From NCBI RefSeq assembly GCF_006345805.1, contig NW_021831847.1, positions 364,999-428,998 on the forward strand: a DNA stretch of 64,000 nt, read 5' to 3'. Below, piece by piece: positions 40,271-53,504 of this stretch. Within the stretch, counting starts at the first letter, position 1, and every line of letters starts with the position of its first letter. Position numbers and translations under genes: made by a program. Origin of the DNA: Octopus sinensis. Lineage: Eukaryota. The notes under the pieces are model-generated. The model did not search any database. It saw nothing but the letters and a program-made list of their open reading frames with translations, and was not told the origin of the DNA.

Positions 40271-42189
40271 TGTTGGAACTTTCGTCTCGGACCCGGTTTA
40301 GGTGGCTGAAATATTTTTAACCCACTTCAATGAAATCTCGAGAACTGACGGAAGTCCCGCCGTGGTTGATCACCGGTTTACAGGTCTTGTTTAGCGAAAG
40401 CTTCCTAAAGAAGATAATGTCTGGGTGGCAGGTAAGGCGGTAAGTCTTAGTTTGCGGCTGAGAGGTGAGCTGTGTGCGGGACTGAAAAGACAGGAATGCC
40501 GAAGGTCTTTGTCTAAACTCTACTAACAATCTCTATTTAAATAAATATTTTTCTTCAATGGTGTCCCAAACCGAGCCCTTACTGTATTATGTTTCTACGG
40601 CAGTTGCTATGTATAATATCAGTATCCATCGCCCATCGGCTAAGCAAAGCTTTTTTAGACAAAAACTTAAAATTCATCGCAGATATTTCAACATTTCTCT
40701 CCAACCCAGCTATGTCAAAAACGATACTTTCAACATCCGTTCTGTTACAATTTAATACATCAGTTATCATCATTATTTTCAGAGAGTCCATAAGATATCT
40801 TAATTCAAGATGATGATTTTTAGGTTGCGTCCTAAGTATGGAAACACTCACTCATTGAACATCGTTATGAAAAAATAGTTTCCACTACCCAAAGGAGCAT
40901 TTCATGCAAGATCCGGAGTCACTTTGCCCACAGTGGTAAATGAAAATCTTGGAAAAAATAAGATTTTACGTGGTAAAGATTTTGATTCTCTACGGATAAT
41001 TTTAAAATCAGGGAGTCTGGAACAGGTTGTGCGTAAGAATAAAACACATAACACAAGGAAAACTTAATTTGTGATTTTCCGGGAATGCTCGATAATACTA
41101 GTTTAACAACAGCACGTCCGTGTAGCCAGAGGAACCTATGTTTCAGTTGTGCAAGACCAAAAGAGAAAACAAGTAAGTTAGTTATTTTAATTAATCCCGA
41201 AGAACTAAAAATTTTCATATCTTTCTTATGTTTTTTTATTTTTTTCATCGGCGTGCAGCTGTTTCTTAGACTAGAAAACTCAAGACATCTCATTTGAAGT
41301 CCAGGAAAGCCTCGAATCCCCGTGATGAGATGTTCATGATGGCGTCACTCGTCAAGGCAGCTTCTGGAAAAGCTTCCGGCACAGGCAGCTTCTGGAAATA
41401 AAATCCGAAACCATGAGTTTGGAAAGAGATTCTTGGCCCATCAACTTTCGACTTCAACATTAAATATTTGACAGTTTTGACTTTTATTTGTGTCAGAAAC
41501 TGTTAAATATAATGGAGAAGTTCAGCAGTGAGAAGACTACGGGAAAAATGGCCAAAAGTACTCTCGGAATAGAATTTAAAAATTATAACTTGTGGGGCAA
41601 TTTTAAAAATTAAACTCACTTTCAACCTGGTAATCAAAGTATTTAATCTAACAAATAAATGATTCTTCACTATTCAATTAATTTTTTTGTAATTTAGTTT
41701 CAATGTTAAATGTACTCATATATAGATAAAATTCTATAATCGCAAGGATAAAAAACATCTGGCTAAAAAATAAAAACGCATATTTATAAGACGTGAGAAT
41801 CAAAGAGAACTTAGAAGAAAAATGGAAATTAATGCCGTCATTAAAGAGAATGGTATTTGTATCGTGGGTTTCAAAATTATATGGAAAAACATCTTTCCAA
41901 CTCAGCGACTTCGGATATTTAAGTGAAGAGTCGTTCTTGTAAGTTGGGCAGAATCTAATTAACAAATGTGAATGGCTTTTGTATTTTTATCTAGAAAGTA
42001 ATCTCCTTTAATGTTAGTTACTTTATAAATAATGCAGTTCAGTGCTAAAGACCTTTTGATAAGATTTTAATGATTTCTCATTGTTTCTCTTTTCTCTCTT
42101 TTCAATTCTGCCTCCTTCCTTGCTTCATCCTTTCATAAGTCAACAAATCATCCGGAATTGCTTACTATTGATACATGCATCCAATCAAA

Positions 42190-42400
42190 ATGAACTTCCG
42201 AGCTGTCCGAGTAACCATTATCATAAATATTGGTGTCGAAGCTCCAAGCATTAACGTTTCAACCGCTATCGGCATCACGAAAAACTCATCCGAAAGGGCA
42301 GAATATTTGGATAGCTTAAAATCTTCGGCCTTCTTAGAAGCAGATTTAACCTCTAGAGCACAAATATGCCTCAATCTAAAATAAGTCGAACACTTTTTCA
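42190..42400 (-). mobile_element. CRE-clade RLE relic
   Basis: ASKKAEDFKLSKYSALSDEFFVMPIAVETL. Confidence 0.65.
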
Positions 42401-43074
42401 ATTGAGAAAATTTGGAGATGTTGAGACCAACCCTCGTGACGGATATCATTCTTTTAAATTAAATCAATTACATAAGAAATACATTTGTTAACGATCATCC
42501 ACTATTGAGACTATAAGAAGAGTGAGGAGAGTTGGACAGGCCATCCAGGCCGTAGTTTATGACTACATTAAATATTCTGATTTGATTATGTTATCTCGTT
42601 TGATGGGTATTACTTGCCGTTTCTATTCCAGATGTTGAACAACCGAGACAACACAGCAGTTTACCTAAGCTACTCATTCTTCAGGCCGGGCTCTTGAAAG
42701 AATTGATCAACCTTGTTTTGGAGCACCACGAGTTTTCGCACGCGTCATTTTCTTGTATCTCCAACTTTTCAAAGAGTTCGGATTATTGAAATGTAACGAA
42801 AATTGATCTCTCCACTTCGGCGGTGGAGAGAATTGAAACTTTATCACTTTTCTGAGCATTACGGTTATTAATTCGAATATATTTCCCTGACGTTAAAAGA
42901 GTTTGATTCAACGTTAAACTACTACAATCTTGTCGCAGCTTTTAAATTAGTTTTGATTTTTTGAAATGTCTAATAGCCAGGATTTAGCAGTTGTTGGAGC
43001 TTTTTAAAACTTTTCTGAACCATATTTAAGGAGTACCGTTTATTTATAAGGTTAATATTTTGTGGATTAAATAT

Positions 43075-44429
43075 TCAAATTTCAACTGTCCACTCTGGTT
43101 TAAGTTCCCGCCCTGCCTACAAATATAAATAATCTCCTCCAACAAAAATATCCTTTAGTCTGGCATGCAAAATGTCGGAGAGACGGTTTACATCGCCAGT
43201 CATCGCCACAATGTGTTGATTTTTGAAAATAATTTTGTCAACATTGACCAGGGTCACAGCAGTCCCAGTGCAGAACATTTCCAGCAACTAAAACCCGTGA
43301 TGAAACTCGCATACACGGCCATCCGAGCTAGCCTCATGCAATTCCATGATTGACAGTTCTCGTTCACTTACAGAAAACCCTCCCTAAAAGTCAGACCCCC
43401 TTAAAAGTGCCATATTCTTAGATATTTGTAAAATCGAGTCGCGTGTGATCCCTGGAAGAAGCAGTCCTGAGTCGAGGGAAGGGGTGACCAGTTCCCGTTC
43501 TGAGTTAATAGAAAAACTCACCTCCGGATTTGTTTGTCAAATACGCAAAAAAATTCATAGTTCCGGATTCTGAGATGACACCACTTTCATCATCAACCAA
43601 CAGACACTGAGCACAGTTGTTTTCTCTTGCTTTCATCAGGGAATCGACAATGGAACCGTAATTCCTGTTCAAATGCAATAAAGTCAACACATTCCCAATT
43701 TGTATTCCCCGTTGGGACGGAAACTTGTTTTGCACGTGTCAACGTATAGGGATATGACCCTACTGCTAGAAAAGTAGTTCTCAGAAACAGACACGATGAT
43801 GTACAACAAAGCATTGGTGGGAAAATCAAAGCCCAGAACCATCTGGAAGTAAAATTCATCGACAGTTACGTCATTTGCCATAATTGTAGGGCGTAAATAC
43901 AGAAATGTGTTATCATTTGCGGGGAAAAGCCACTCCCTTTCCAAGTCAATTAATTTTTTTGTGCACTCAACCAGTTCAACTGGGTCAAAGTCCTGTAAAA
44001 ATTACAAAAATAACTCAACAGGCAAAAACAATCGGTTCGAACTTTTTAGGAATCGTTGGTAGTGACTTAAAGGCCTGAAAAGTCTAATTTTGTTGTCCAC
44101 GCCCAGTGTTGCTTTCATTCCTTCAAAAGCCTCGGTTGTTATAAGTTGAAATCTCACCAGGAAGGAATATTGAAGAGCGTTGGAGGAGGGGTGAAGATTG
44201 AGGTTGTGGAATGGGAGTATTTGGGGAATGCTCCACCCTTTTTCTTTGTTCCAACACGCCTTGAAAATGTGGTTTGTAAATATTTTCCCGAATCCAAGTG
44301 GCCGTTGAAGGGGGTTGGGGATTGCTGAGTCAGATTTTTGAATTTTCAAATTTTGTGCCTATTTATTTATTTCAAATTTAACACTTTTAGATCTGAATAT
44401 GACCTTTTCGGAATGCGGGAAACGTACAT
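43075..44429 (-). CDS. BCAT: Branched-chain amino acid aminotransferase (probably mitochondrial), 9 micro-introns
   Basis: LGFGKIFTNH, HPSSNALQYSFL|AFEGMKA, IRLFRP, LYLRPT, YKLGM|NYG, ESGTMNFF, LLPGITRDSIL, EMFCTGTA; GC-AG intron 43384-43410. Confidence 0.95.
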
Positions 44430-45379
44430 TAAAACAACTTTTTTTGTTAAAATAATATAAGTTTATTTTATATTTGGCTGACCAGGTTATAAAAGTGATT
44501 CAAAAATTTTAATTAATTTATTAAAAAATACTTCGACCATTAAAATGAGAAAGTTTTGGTAGAATGAAATAATTTTAGTACAGTCAAGCCGCACTAAACC
44601 GACTCTTCGGTATACAGAAGTTCCTTTAAAACCGAACTAAACTCCAGATCCCGATTCACCTCATTCCTGCTATTTCATCGGATCTCCTCTATTCCAAATA
44701 CCGGCCGTATTTTGTGATCCAAAGTTGAATTTTCTTTTAGCATAAACCGGCCTCTTGACATCAATCTTTGATCTAATCATATTTATTATGTTACCAAAAC
44801 CACGTTCAACCCAAACTAACTAATCCGTTATCTTGATGCACTTTGCGGTGGTATTAGGTGCCCCCTGAGCGTTTCCAGATCCATTGAATTAATAGATCTA
44901 TCTGACTTAAGGAGTTGTCTGTAAAAAACAAATACGTTATGAATTGTCTTTAGAAAAAAAATTCAAGCAATACCGTATTTTCTCGATTATAACACTAAGA
45001 TTTTTGCTATATACATTTTTTTGCTATATTTGTAATTAATTTCAATAAATGGGGTGCATGTTATAATCAATAGCTAAAATAAATTACAAGTTTTCGATCG
45101 AAAAAGCATTGTCAAACTCACTTTGACGCACGAACATTGTGCAATTTCCAATTTTTAATTTAAAATACACGCATATTAAAGATCGTCAAGCCTCACAGCC
45201 ATCAAAATCCTGCATTAATAAGCTGGAAAGTAAAATGGCGATGGAAACAAATGGCTAACGCCAATATCTTTCTTGTAACAGCATAAAAACACCATGAATC
45301 TACAGTCTCTATCTAAGAATTCTTTATCCGGTTTTAGTTAGGTAGTTACCCCGACTTCTCTAGCTGGTAGGAGGCCGGC

Positions 45380-47170
45380 TGTCCTCAGGCGCTCAGCAGC
45401 GAGTGCTGCACGGAGGGCATTCCTCTTTTTGTTTACTTTTTTGATTATGTGGGCAACATGAGAGGAGAAGACATTGGTCGTAGATCACTCCCAGGATTTT
45501 CGGAGTTTTTTAAATGGGGGAGCGTTCTCCAAAGATTTTCAACTCTGGATGCTGTTCTAGCTGGCGACGGTCACTGGTGAACAACGTAAAACTGGACTTG
45601 GAGGGAGAGAGGTGATTGGTTACAAGCCAAGACTCCAATAAATCCAGATGAGTTTGTAGACGTGTGGAAGAAGTTGAAATGTTCTTGTCCCGAGCCGCAA
45701 GATCAAATCATCAGCATAAGACATGATCAAAGTGTCTTTCAGCTCAGGTAAACTGCTCAGGTGGAGGTTAAACAAGGCCGGGGAGAGGGCCGATCCTTGC
45801 AGGACTCTATTCGGTAAGTATCGCGCGTGCGACGTCTTCGACATGAACAAAGTGCGACCCAGTTTGCCGGATATGAACGACTTGAGGCATTTTTGAATCA
45901 TTGGAAGAATGCTAGTCGCTGTAATTTTGTTTGAAAGAACATGACGGGAGGTCTTGTGAAGGCTTTTGCGATGTTGATCGAAGCCAGAATTGTGCGAAGT
46001 GGTGGTTTGTTGTTGTTAAAACCATCCGCAATAAAGTCCGTTAGTTTTATTAGGTCCGTAGAGGTGGAGTGAGATGGGCGGAAACCATGTTGGGATCTAG
46101 ACAGGTTTTTGCAGATATATGTGATTCAAAATGAATCTCTCCAAAACTTTCGAAGCGGCACAAATCAAAGAGATTGGCCGGAAAGTGCCTGGATCCCGAG
46201 GATCCTTGTTCGGCTTGAGTGTTGGGATTATAGTTGATTGTTTCCATAACATGGGGACATATCAATGAAGTTTGAAAGATGTCCGTGATGGCTCCAAGTC
46301 CATTCGGCCCAAGGTTTTTTAGATGATGAATGGATATTCCGCCTGGGCCTTTCACCGGCGAATTCTTAGCATTCAAGATTAGGGCACATATGTCCATCCA
46401 GTCTATCTTGATCGGGGAGACGTTTGGCGACGGAGGGGGATTCAATATATGTACACGATTTGATCTGTCCATGTTGATCTGACAGATAGAGCTGTGGTGG
46501 GACATAATGTCATCCGCTTGTTCTCGAAATGACTTTGAGCGGAGGCGTTTATTTATCCCAGATTCGTGAGTGGAATTGTGTAAAGTCTGTCCGGAAGAAA
46601 TAGACTTCAATGCGTTCCAAAATTTAGTTGGCTTGGTACGATGATCCAGTCTGCATACAAACTCTTTTCACCTGGCTCTTTTGTTTTGTAGAATGTGGTC
46701 AGTGATTATCCCGTTAATACTTGATAATCTGGAGCCCGAGTTGGAGTCCCGGACGCCATTCCTCTTTATTGCCCGTCTCTCTTTTATAAGGTCAATGATC
46801 TCCCTTGTGAAAAGTGGTTTTGCCCCGCGGATAAATCTTTTGGAAATGTATTTTCGGTCTGCAGAGATTATACTGGGTCATCGATCGATTTAAAATTTAG
46901 GACTGAGAAGTTTGAGAGATACTGATCAGTTTCTTGTTGGAATTTCGACCACAGTCAGCGTTTGTAGTTGACGAATGTCCTTTTGGTAATAGGACTTTGG
47001 GAGTATTTATCCGGTTTTGAACAAAACAATCTTAAAAAGAAGGAAAAAGGTAAGATTTCTGTTTGTTTGTCAATGGGAAATTTTAGGTGCGCACTATATT
47101 TGATTACTGCGTTTTCCACATGTTTTTGGCCCCGAATTTCCTGCGTGTTATTGTCAGCTGCGCTTTGAAA
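45380..47170 (-). mobile_element. I/Jockey-group non-LTR element (EN remnant plus RT), frameshifted
   Basis: KGPGGIS..LKNLG, FRPISLI, QGSALSPALFN, MSYADDL. Confidence 0.8.
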
Positions 47171-48439
47171 TCGAGAAAATGCGGTAAATAAATCAAACCA
47201 AACATCTAAGATGAGACAAAATTTTTTTTAGCACAAATATGGAGTTGAATAAATCCTATTAATCGTTTTTAAATCTGAATTATGACAATTGAAAGAAAAA
47301 TACAGAAGACTATTAATGACTCAACTTTATGACAAAGAATTCGCAAATTTATTCTCTCTTAGATGCAATCCGGTAGATTAGCAGAGCTTCACGATAAACG
47401 TGAAATCAAAGATAATCTTCCCCTGCATTAATAAGTGTGACATTCCAGTGAAAATATAGATTATAAATGACAATCCTGTAACAATTTATTGATACTCCTC
47501 GTGAATAGACTAGTCAACAATCATATGAAAAAAAATTTGCCAACTTAAACTTGGAACTACCTACTGAACATCCGAAAATTGGGAATCATTCCTAATTGAC
47601 CAATAGCAAACAGTCTAAGCCTCTGAAGATAATGACAGTGACTGAGATTTTGATAAGTAAACCGAACCAAAACATATTTCAACAAATGCTGGAATAAATT
47701 TCTCATATGCTCACACCAGAATTACTCAAGCCCGTCAACAGACTAAATAATACAGAGATTGCTGAATACAAGACAGTCCATATTGACAGATTTCTATTAA
47801 TTGTACTGTTTTAATTTTTTGTTACAAGTAAATTCAATTACTTATTTAATATACCAGCCTCCCCTCTATACCGGACAATTCTATAGTCCCGAGAAGAATC
47901 GGTTTGAGAGGTTTGAATGTATTCCGTTCAGAAAAATTCAGTATCAAGCAAGGAAACTTTTAAAAAGTGGAAATTATATTCTAATGTTTAAAATGCTGAA
48001 AAACTGCAAACTTGAGGAAATTTACTGAAAAACCAAAAGTGGAAAAAAGAATAACTTCATTGCGAATTTTTTATTCCCCAAATAGACACGAAAAACAGAG
48101 AAAATAAAGTCACGTGATCCCAAAACGCGTCAGAAGGCTCCTCATCTTTGCCAGATTTTTCCCGCATGAGCCTGCGCAAGTGCGTTTTGGGCGTGTAGCC
48201 CGTGTCTCCGCGATTGCTTATATCTTTGTCAATATGAATGCATGATAACTTCCATGTTTCAAGAGCTGAGAATTTTCTAAAAATCCAGCGCTTTGTGAGC
48301 GTAAAGACTCTTTTCAGACTCACCTCGAAATTAATTTACCTCATACTGTATACAAGCAAAAAGGCACCATGTACTGATTCTATAAACACCTAAATACGAA
48401 ATTTGTTCAAAACTTCTAAAAACCGGAGAGACATTTTAA

Positions 48440-48830
48440 GACGTTGGTCTTCTTTCTAAAGTTCATTAAGACATGGAAAAGTGGTGAGAAAAGCACATGT
48501 GAGTATCGAAGGTAACTTCTAGGATCTTCTGAGTTCTGGAGGACGGAGTTTCGTTGTTGTACAGTCTAAGATGGACTAACTTCTTCTCAAGTCTTTTATC
48601 CAAGGTGATGAGAGAAATCGTTGACTTTTCTGAATAATTTGATAGGCGGGTAGTAATCCAGTTATTTAATATATTCAACGTTCATTGTAACCTTTAATGA
48701 AGCAACCAGGATGTCCTGATCTTTGGAAGCAAAAATAATGTGTCACCGTAGAAAATCAGGATATCATTTCATTATCCTGTAAAGAAACCCCATTTGTGTG
48801 AAGGCGATTGTCCCATACAAACTTTTTTCT
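48440..48830 (-). mobile_element. Non-LTR RT C-terminal relic
   Basis: QKILEVTFDTHMCFSHH resembles PKILGVTFD..LTF..H. Confidence 0.55.
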
Positions 48831-49124
48831 GACTACTGATAACGTTGGATAGCCACATTTTGAGATTGGCAGGAAAATACATTAAAAGAAATTCAATGCA
48901 TTAAAATTTTTTACAAAATTCAACTGGCATCGATTATAATAATTGGAATTTAAACAATCTCAACTAATTTCTCAGAGGTGCAATCAATAATTTATACTTT
49001 TCACAATTCAAGAGAACACCTGGCGTCTGAACATGCGTATTTTCAAACATACTTTCAACACTTTCTAATTAGTCCAAATGTTGTTATATAAATTATTAAA
49101 GTAAAGACCCAAAATATTAAAACG

Positions 49125-50199
49125 TTAATATCGTTTTCTATTTTTAAAACTATTCTCCTGCAGTTTATTCTGCACTCCAAATCTAACAGTCGTGACATTA
49201 AAGTCAGCCGAGAGAACCCTCAAAGTGTCATTTCTCATAACCAAAGTCAAAATATAATTTTCAGCCTGAGCACCCAACATTAGCGGACTTTGATTGCACA
49301 CTCGTAGTTCCCTCAGTGACTGTCTCTCATTAACCCTCTCCACAATATAAGCAATGGTCGACCCAGTCAGATAATTAGAACTCAAATCCAGTTTAAGAAG
49401 ACACCTGTTCTCCTTAAGGACATCTCCCAACATCTACATAACCAACACAAATACTACCATTCCAGCCTGATTTGTCAGTCTTACATTTGACATGGAAAGA
49501 CTTGTCAATGAGGTGTTTTTCCTCAAGGCAAGACACAGTCTGGAGACCTGATCAAGACTAATATCTCTAATATTATTCAAATTAAGGCTGGTGAGCAGAT
49601 TATCTTCAATTCCTTTAATAGAATCCTCAACATCGGTCTCGTTCTCCCCTTCAGAGACGCTAAAAACGTCTTTAAATAGCAAAATTTGACCCTCACTTGA
49701 TTTTAAAATATTTGAGGCAGTAGAAATAGTGGCTGAGTGATATTCCTCCTGTGTGACCAGTCCAGGCAGACCCAGGATAGCTGGATTGGCCAAAATTGAG
49801 TACCTGCCAGTTCTGCGTAGTCTTTTGGGTCATATTCGGCCAAAGCCTCTCTGATGGAGGCATCGAACTCGCCTTCTACTTGAGGCTCCTCTTCCAAACT
49901 GGGCTGCTTGGGTTCCACTTTTTTGGAGACGTGGGGGACAAGTTCAGGCCAGTCTTCTTCATTTTTGGCTGTTTCCTCCATAAAATGGCGGAGTTTCTCG
50001 ATGTTGAGTGGTCCGGTTGGCTGCTTAGTGCAGTTATAATTGCTTCTACGAATATCCTCCTCAGTAGATATCTGATAGTTGTCATTTTGTTGGCGTATAC
50101 CCCAGAAGAAGACAAGAGTTGGTTTATTTCTTCCAGATCCTCAGGATGGGACTGAGTGAGGATTTGTTCTATGCTGGATAAATCAATGTCCTGAGTCAT
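49125..50199 (-). CDS. TMOD: Tropomodulin, at least 3 micro-introns
   Basis: TKQPTGPLN, ELA|AILGL, NETDVED..LNLNNIRDI, LRKNTSL, LDLSSNYL, LRELRVCNQ..LGAQAE LRR cap. Confidence 0.9.
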
Positions 50200-50648
50200 A
50201 TTTATAAACCCACAGGATTAAATTAATCACTATCTATTGATATAGATTAATACATTTATTAATATAAAGTAAATAAATAGCTATATAAAATATAACGAAA
50301 CATTCAAAAGTCCCCAAAGGGGAAAGAGTCCGAAACTTTTATTAGAAGCAGTTGTTAACCCGTTTTTGAATAAATTGAATTGTTTGAGATGGAGGAAACA
50401 TTATTTATGATTAAAATGCTCTATTTCAAATAATTTATATTTATTTATTAATTAGATTATTATTTTTTGAATGGCTAACCAAATTTAATGGTATTAATTT
50501 TCTTAAAGAAATAATGTTTCTATAGTTCTGTTCGTTGTTATGCAGTTTTAATTAATTTCCTTTAAAAATGTAAAGTTTTAAAAATGTTATCTCTAGAAAA
50601 TGTTTTCACTTAATTTCACAAACTTAAATTACAATATTAATTCTCAAA

Positions 50649-51140
50649 ATGAATTCAAACAACAATTTTTACGACCCCCAATGGCTATCCTTCGAGCCTA
50701 GGGATCTCCCTTTATTAAATCCCCCAATTCTAGAACATTCTCGTGCTTTATCCGAAGAAGACATATTTTTTAACTCTCTAGCTTTCAGCAATGTCGATTA
50801 TTCATCAATTTTTGAAGAATTTGACAAATTTGTAAACTCAGATGATTCCCCTCAAGATGAGGAACACCCTCCCATTGAAAGACCGGACTCCCCCTTCCCT
50901 ACATTCTGTGACCCCTCCACCAGTGGAGCCAAAATGGAGGTCTCGCAAAAAGAGCGTAGGCGTGCCCAAAACAAGATGGCTGCAAGAAAATACCGAGAAA
51001 AGACAAAACACACCAAAAAATATTATTCTGCAAAATATGCACAGCTTTTACTGGAGATTGAAAACATGGAGAATTCCTACGCAGAAATACAGGCAGAGAT
51101 TGAGTTTTATATGGCTGAAATTGATCGGCTAAGAAATTGA
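50649..51140 (+). CDS. Intronless bZIP transcription factor, ATF4/5-like
   Basis: KERRRAQNKMAARKYREK basic region; EIEFY matches ATF4 EIQYL; acidic/Pro-rich N-terminus. Confidence 0.82.
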   Translation: MNSNNNFYDPQWLSFEPRDLPLLNPPILEHSRALSEEDIFFNSLAFSNVDYSSIFEEFDKFVNSDDSPQDEEHPPIERPDSPFPTFCDPSTSGAKMEVSQKERRRAQNKMAARKYREKTKHTKKYYSAKYAQLLLEIENMENSYAEIQAEIEFYMAEIDRLRN

Positions 51141-51518
51141 ATTGTATGATTATTCCACTTGTCTGTTATCAATGACACTCTTTACGGTAATATAATATTG
51201 ATTGTCTGGATTATTAATTTGAATTATTCATTTTTTAAGAAATCTGATTACATATTTATTTAGTTTGATAGCTAATCTTAAAATATTTTACATATTTGTT
51301 ACTCTTATTTTAGGCCACTTTATCTTAAAATACTCTTATTTTTTGCACGTGATTTTCATATCCGTTTTCTTAGGCTACTGATTAAATTTTCCTGGGTGAA
51401 AACATCCATCCAAATTTAGAAGCATTGTTTGATCAATAAATGTTAAAATAATTAAACAAAAGTGGTTAGCTTTTCCTCCCTAAATAAATCCAATTAGAGA
51501 AATAATTTAAATAGCAAT

Positions 51519-52287
51519 TTAATCATTATTAGTGTCATCAAGTTTATTAACAGCCTCCTTATACTCGTAGAGCGGCTCAATGGGAGATTTGAGTTCAAAC
51601 TTTCTGAATTCCTGGTCAAATTCAACCGGTTCATACACAATTCGTTTCAGCTCTTCGTCATACCTCAACTGGCCATTCAAAGCACCCTTTCTACCTCATT
51701 GTAGCCTCCCAGTGGAAAGTCCTTCCTCAGCGGGTGACCTTGGAAGCCATAATCCGTCAGAATTCTCCTCAGGTCGGGGTGGTTGTTGAAAAATACACCA
51801 AACATGTCCCAAATTTCCCGCTCATACCAATTGGCGGCGGGAAAAATAGAACAAACTGAATCCACGGGGGTTAACTCGTCGGTATATGTTTTGATCCGCA
51901 GACGTTGGTTGTAACGAAGGGAGAGGAGATTATACACAATCTTAAATAAATTAAATAAATACTTCAAATCTATGTGTTCTTGTGGGCACATCGACACCAC
52001 AAATGTCTGCCAGTGAAAGGAATTGGGCGTTGTGGTTATCTCTGAGAAAATGGAGTGTTGGGACGACTCCAGAGGGGTGGATGCATATTTCCAATTCGTT
52101 GTGGGCCACCTGAACTAGTTGGACATATTTTGGTAGGCACTTTCTGACATAATCTCCAAATGTTAGCAGATGCTTGGTTTTGGGGTTAATTTCGGCTTTA
52201 TTATATATAGTTTGAATAAATAATACCATTTTGAATAGTTGAACTAAATCGAGAAAACAATCGTAGGTTGCGCACACAATGCAACAT
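51519..52287 (-). CDS. NDUFS3: NADH dehydrogenase Fe-S protein 3 (complex I 30 kDa subunit), 3 introns (31, 22, 26 nt)
   Basis: [20 protein letters not shown]|[51 protein letters not shown], |LRYDEELKR. Confidence 0.96.
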
Positions 52288-52560
52288 TGTAATAAATTAT
52301 TTTAATAATAAAATAATATATTAAAAAAGTAAAATATTTTTTATTTATAAATAATTAATTTGAACCTTTCAATCAATTTCAGAATTGGGGAGCAGATCAA
52401 AGGTTGCTTATGTGAAGGAACGTTACCCTACTTGAGACTGTTCAAAAGTAAAAATAAAAAAAATAATTTTTTCGGTTTCTATATTCAAAAAAGGGTTAAT
52501 AAATTATAAAATGAAAATTTTTAAATATATTTAAATTTACTTTCTTGTTGGTCTTTCCAC
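52288..52560. promoter_or_regulatory. Probable bidirectional promoter (273 bp) between divergent NDUFS3 and AIMP1-like
   Basis: Head-to-head start codons; AT-rich spacer with one GC-richer patch (about 52380-52440); no motif identified. Confidence 0.5.
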
Positions 52561-53275
52561 ATGTCTCAGATTTGTCGAAAAGTGTCCCTACTATTAGAAG
52601 AATTAATACAAATGGAATTTTTAAACGGAAGTATGAATAAAACATCAGTTAATAGAGCGAACATTCCCTCTACCTCGCCAAATCTCAAAATTTTCCGATT
52701 TGACCACAATCGACAATGGCAAAAAACCGGAAAATAAACCACAAAAATGCAAAGATATTTCACTATTCGATATCCGGTACTATCTTTGTTATCAATTTAG
52801 GGTTGGCCGAATTTTGGAAATCCGGGACCACCCTTCAGCCGATAAGTTGTACCACATGATGGTCGATGTGGGTGAGTCCCAGCATCGGTCGATCTGTGCT
52901 GGTCTTCGTCAGAAAATTGAATCTCAGAATCTTTTAGGCCAACTTGGCCTTTTTGTATGTAATTTGAAGCCAATGTCCCTCCGAGGGTTACTTTCTGAAG
53001 GAATGCTGTTGTGTGCTGTCAGTGGGGATTTTGTCCAGCCTCTTGTGCCTCCCAATGACTCGGTGGAGGGGGAACGTGTGGTGTGTGGGGAATATTACAC
53101 CTTTCAGTCTGTCAAACCCAAATACGCTAATTCTGATATGAATATCTACAAGGTGGTTCTGAATGATTTGAGGATTGATGATGAGTCCAGGGCTATGTAT
53201 CAGCAACAACCTCTCACTGTGCCTGGGAAAGGGCAAATTACAGCTCCACTGTTCGTAAATTGTTCAATTTCCTAA
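52561..53275 (+). CDS. AIMP1: tRNA-binding OB-fold protein (AIMP1/p43/EMAP-II, Arc1p-like), 2 introns
   Basis: DISLFDIR|VGRILEIRDHPSADKLY..VDVGE..RSICAGL..CNLKPMSLRGLLSEGMLLCA..PP....GERV. Confidence 0.8.
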
Positions 53276-53504
53276 TTATTTTCTTGTTTTCTTTCTTTTT
53301 AATTTGATTTTTTAACTTAGTTATGACTATTGAAAGTGAAACTTGTTCTGATTTGTTGCATTTATTTGTTTATAGGATAATAAATAATCAATTTTAATCC
53401 TGGCGTCGATATTCGATTATTTTAACTTTATTTTTAAAAATCGTCATTTGAGAAAAAAACAATAAATATTTGTTAGTGCAAAGCCTTAAGATTCAAACTT
53501 TTTA

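Noticed and set aside
40560-41300. Possible hAT dimerisation and TTF-type zinc-finger remnants
   Set aside because: Resemblance too weak to call without a profile search
42807-42831. Perfect 9-bp hairpin tctctccac-ttcggcg-gtggagaga
   Set aside because: Isolated; no CTRR end or U-tract; could be chance
42560-42900. Possible mitochondrial ribosomal protein S12 remnant on the minus strand
   Set aside because: Only scattered resemblance needing several indels; the conserved GEGHNLQEH region is absent
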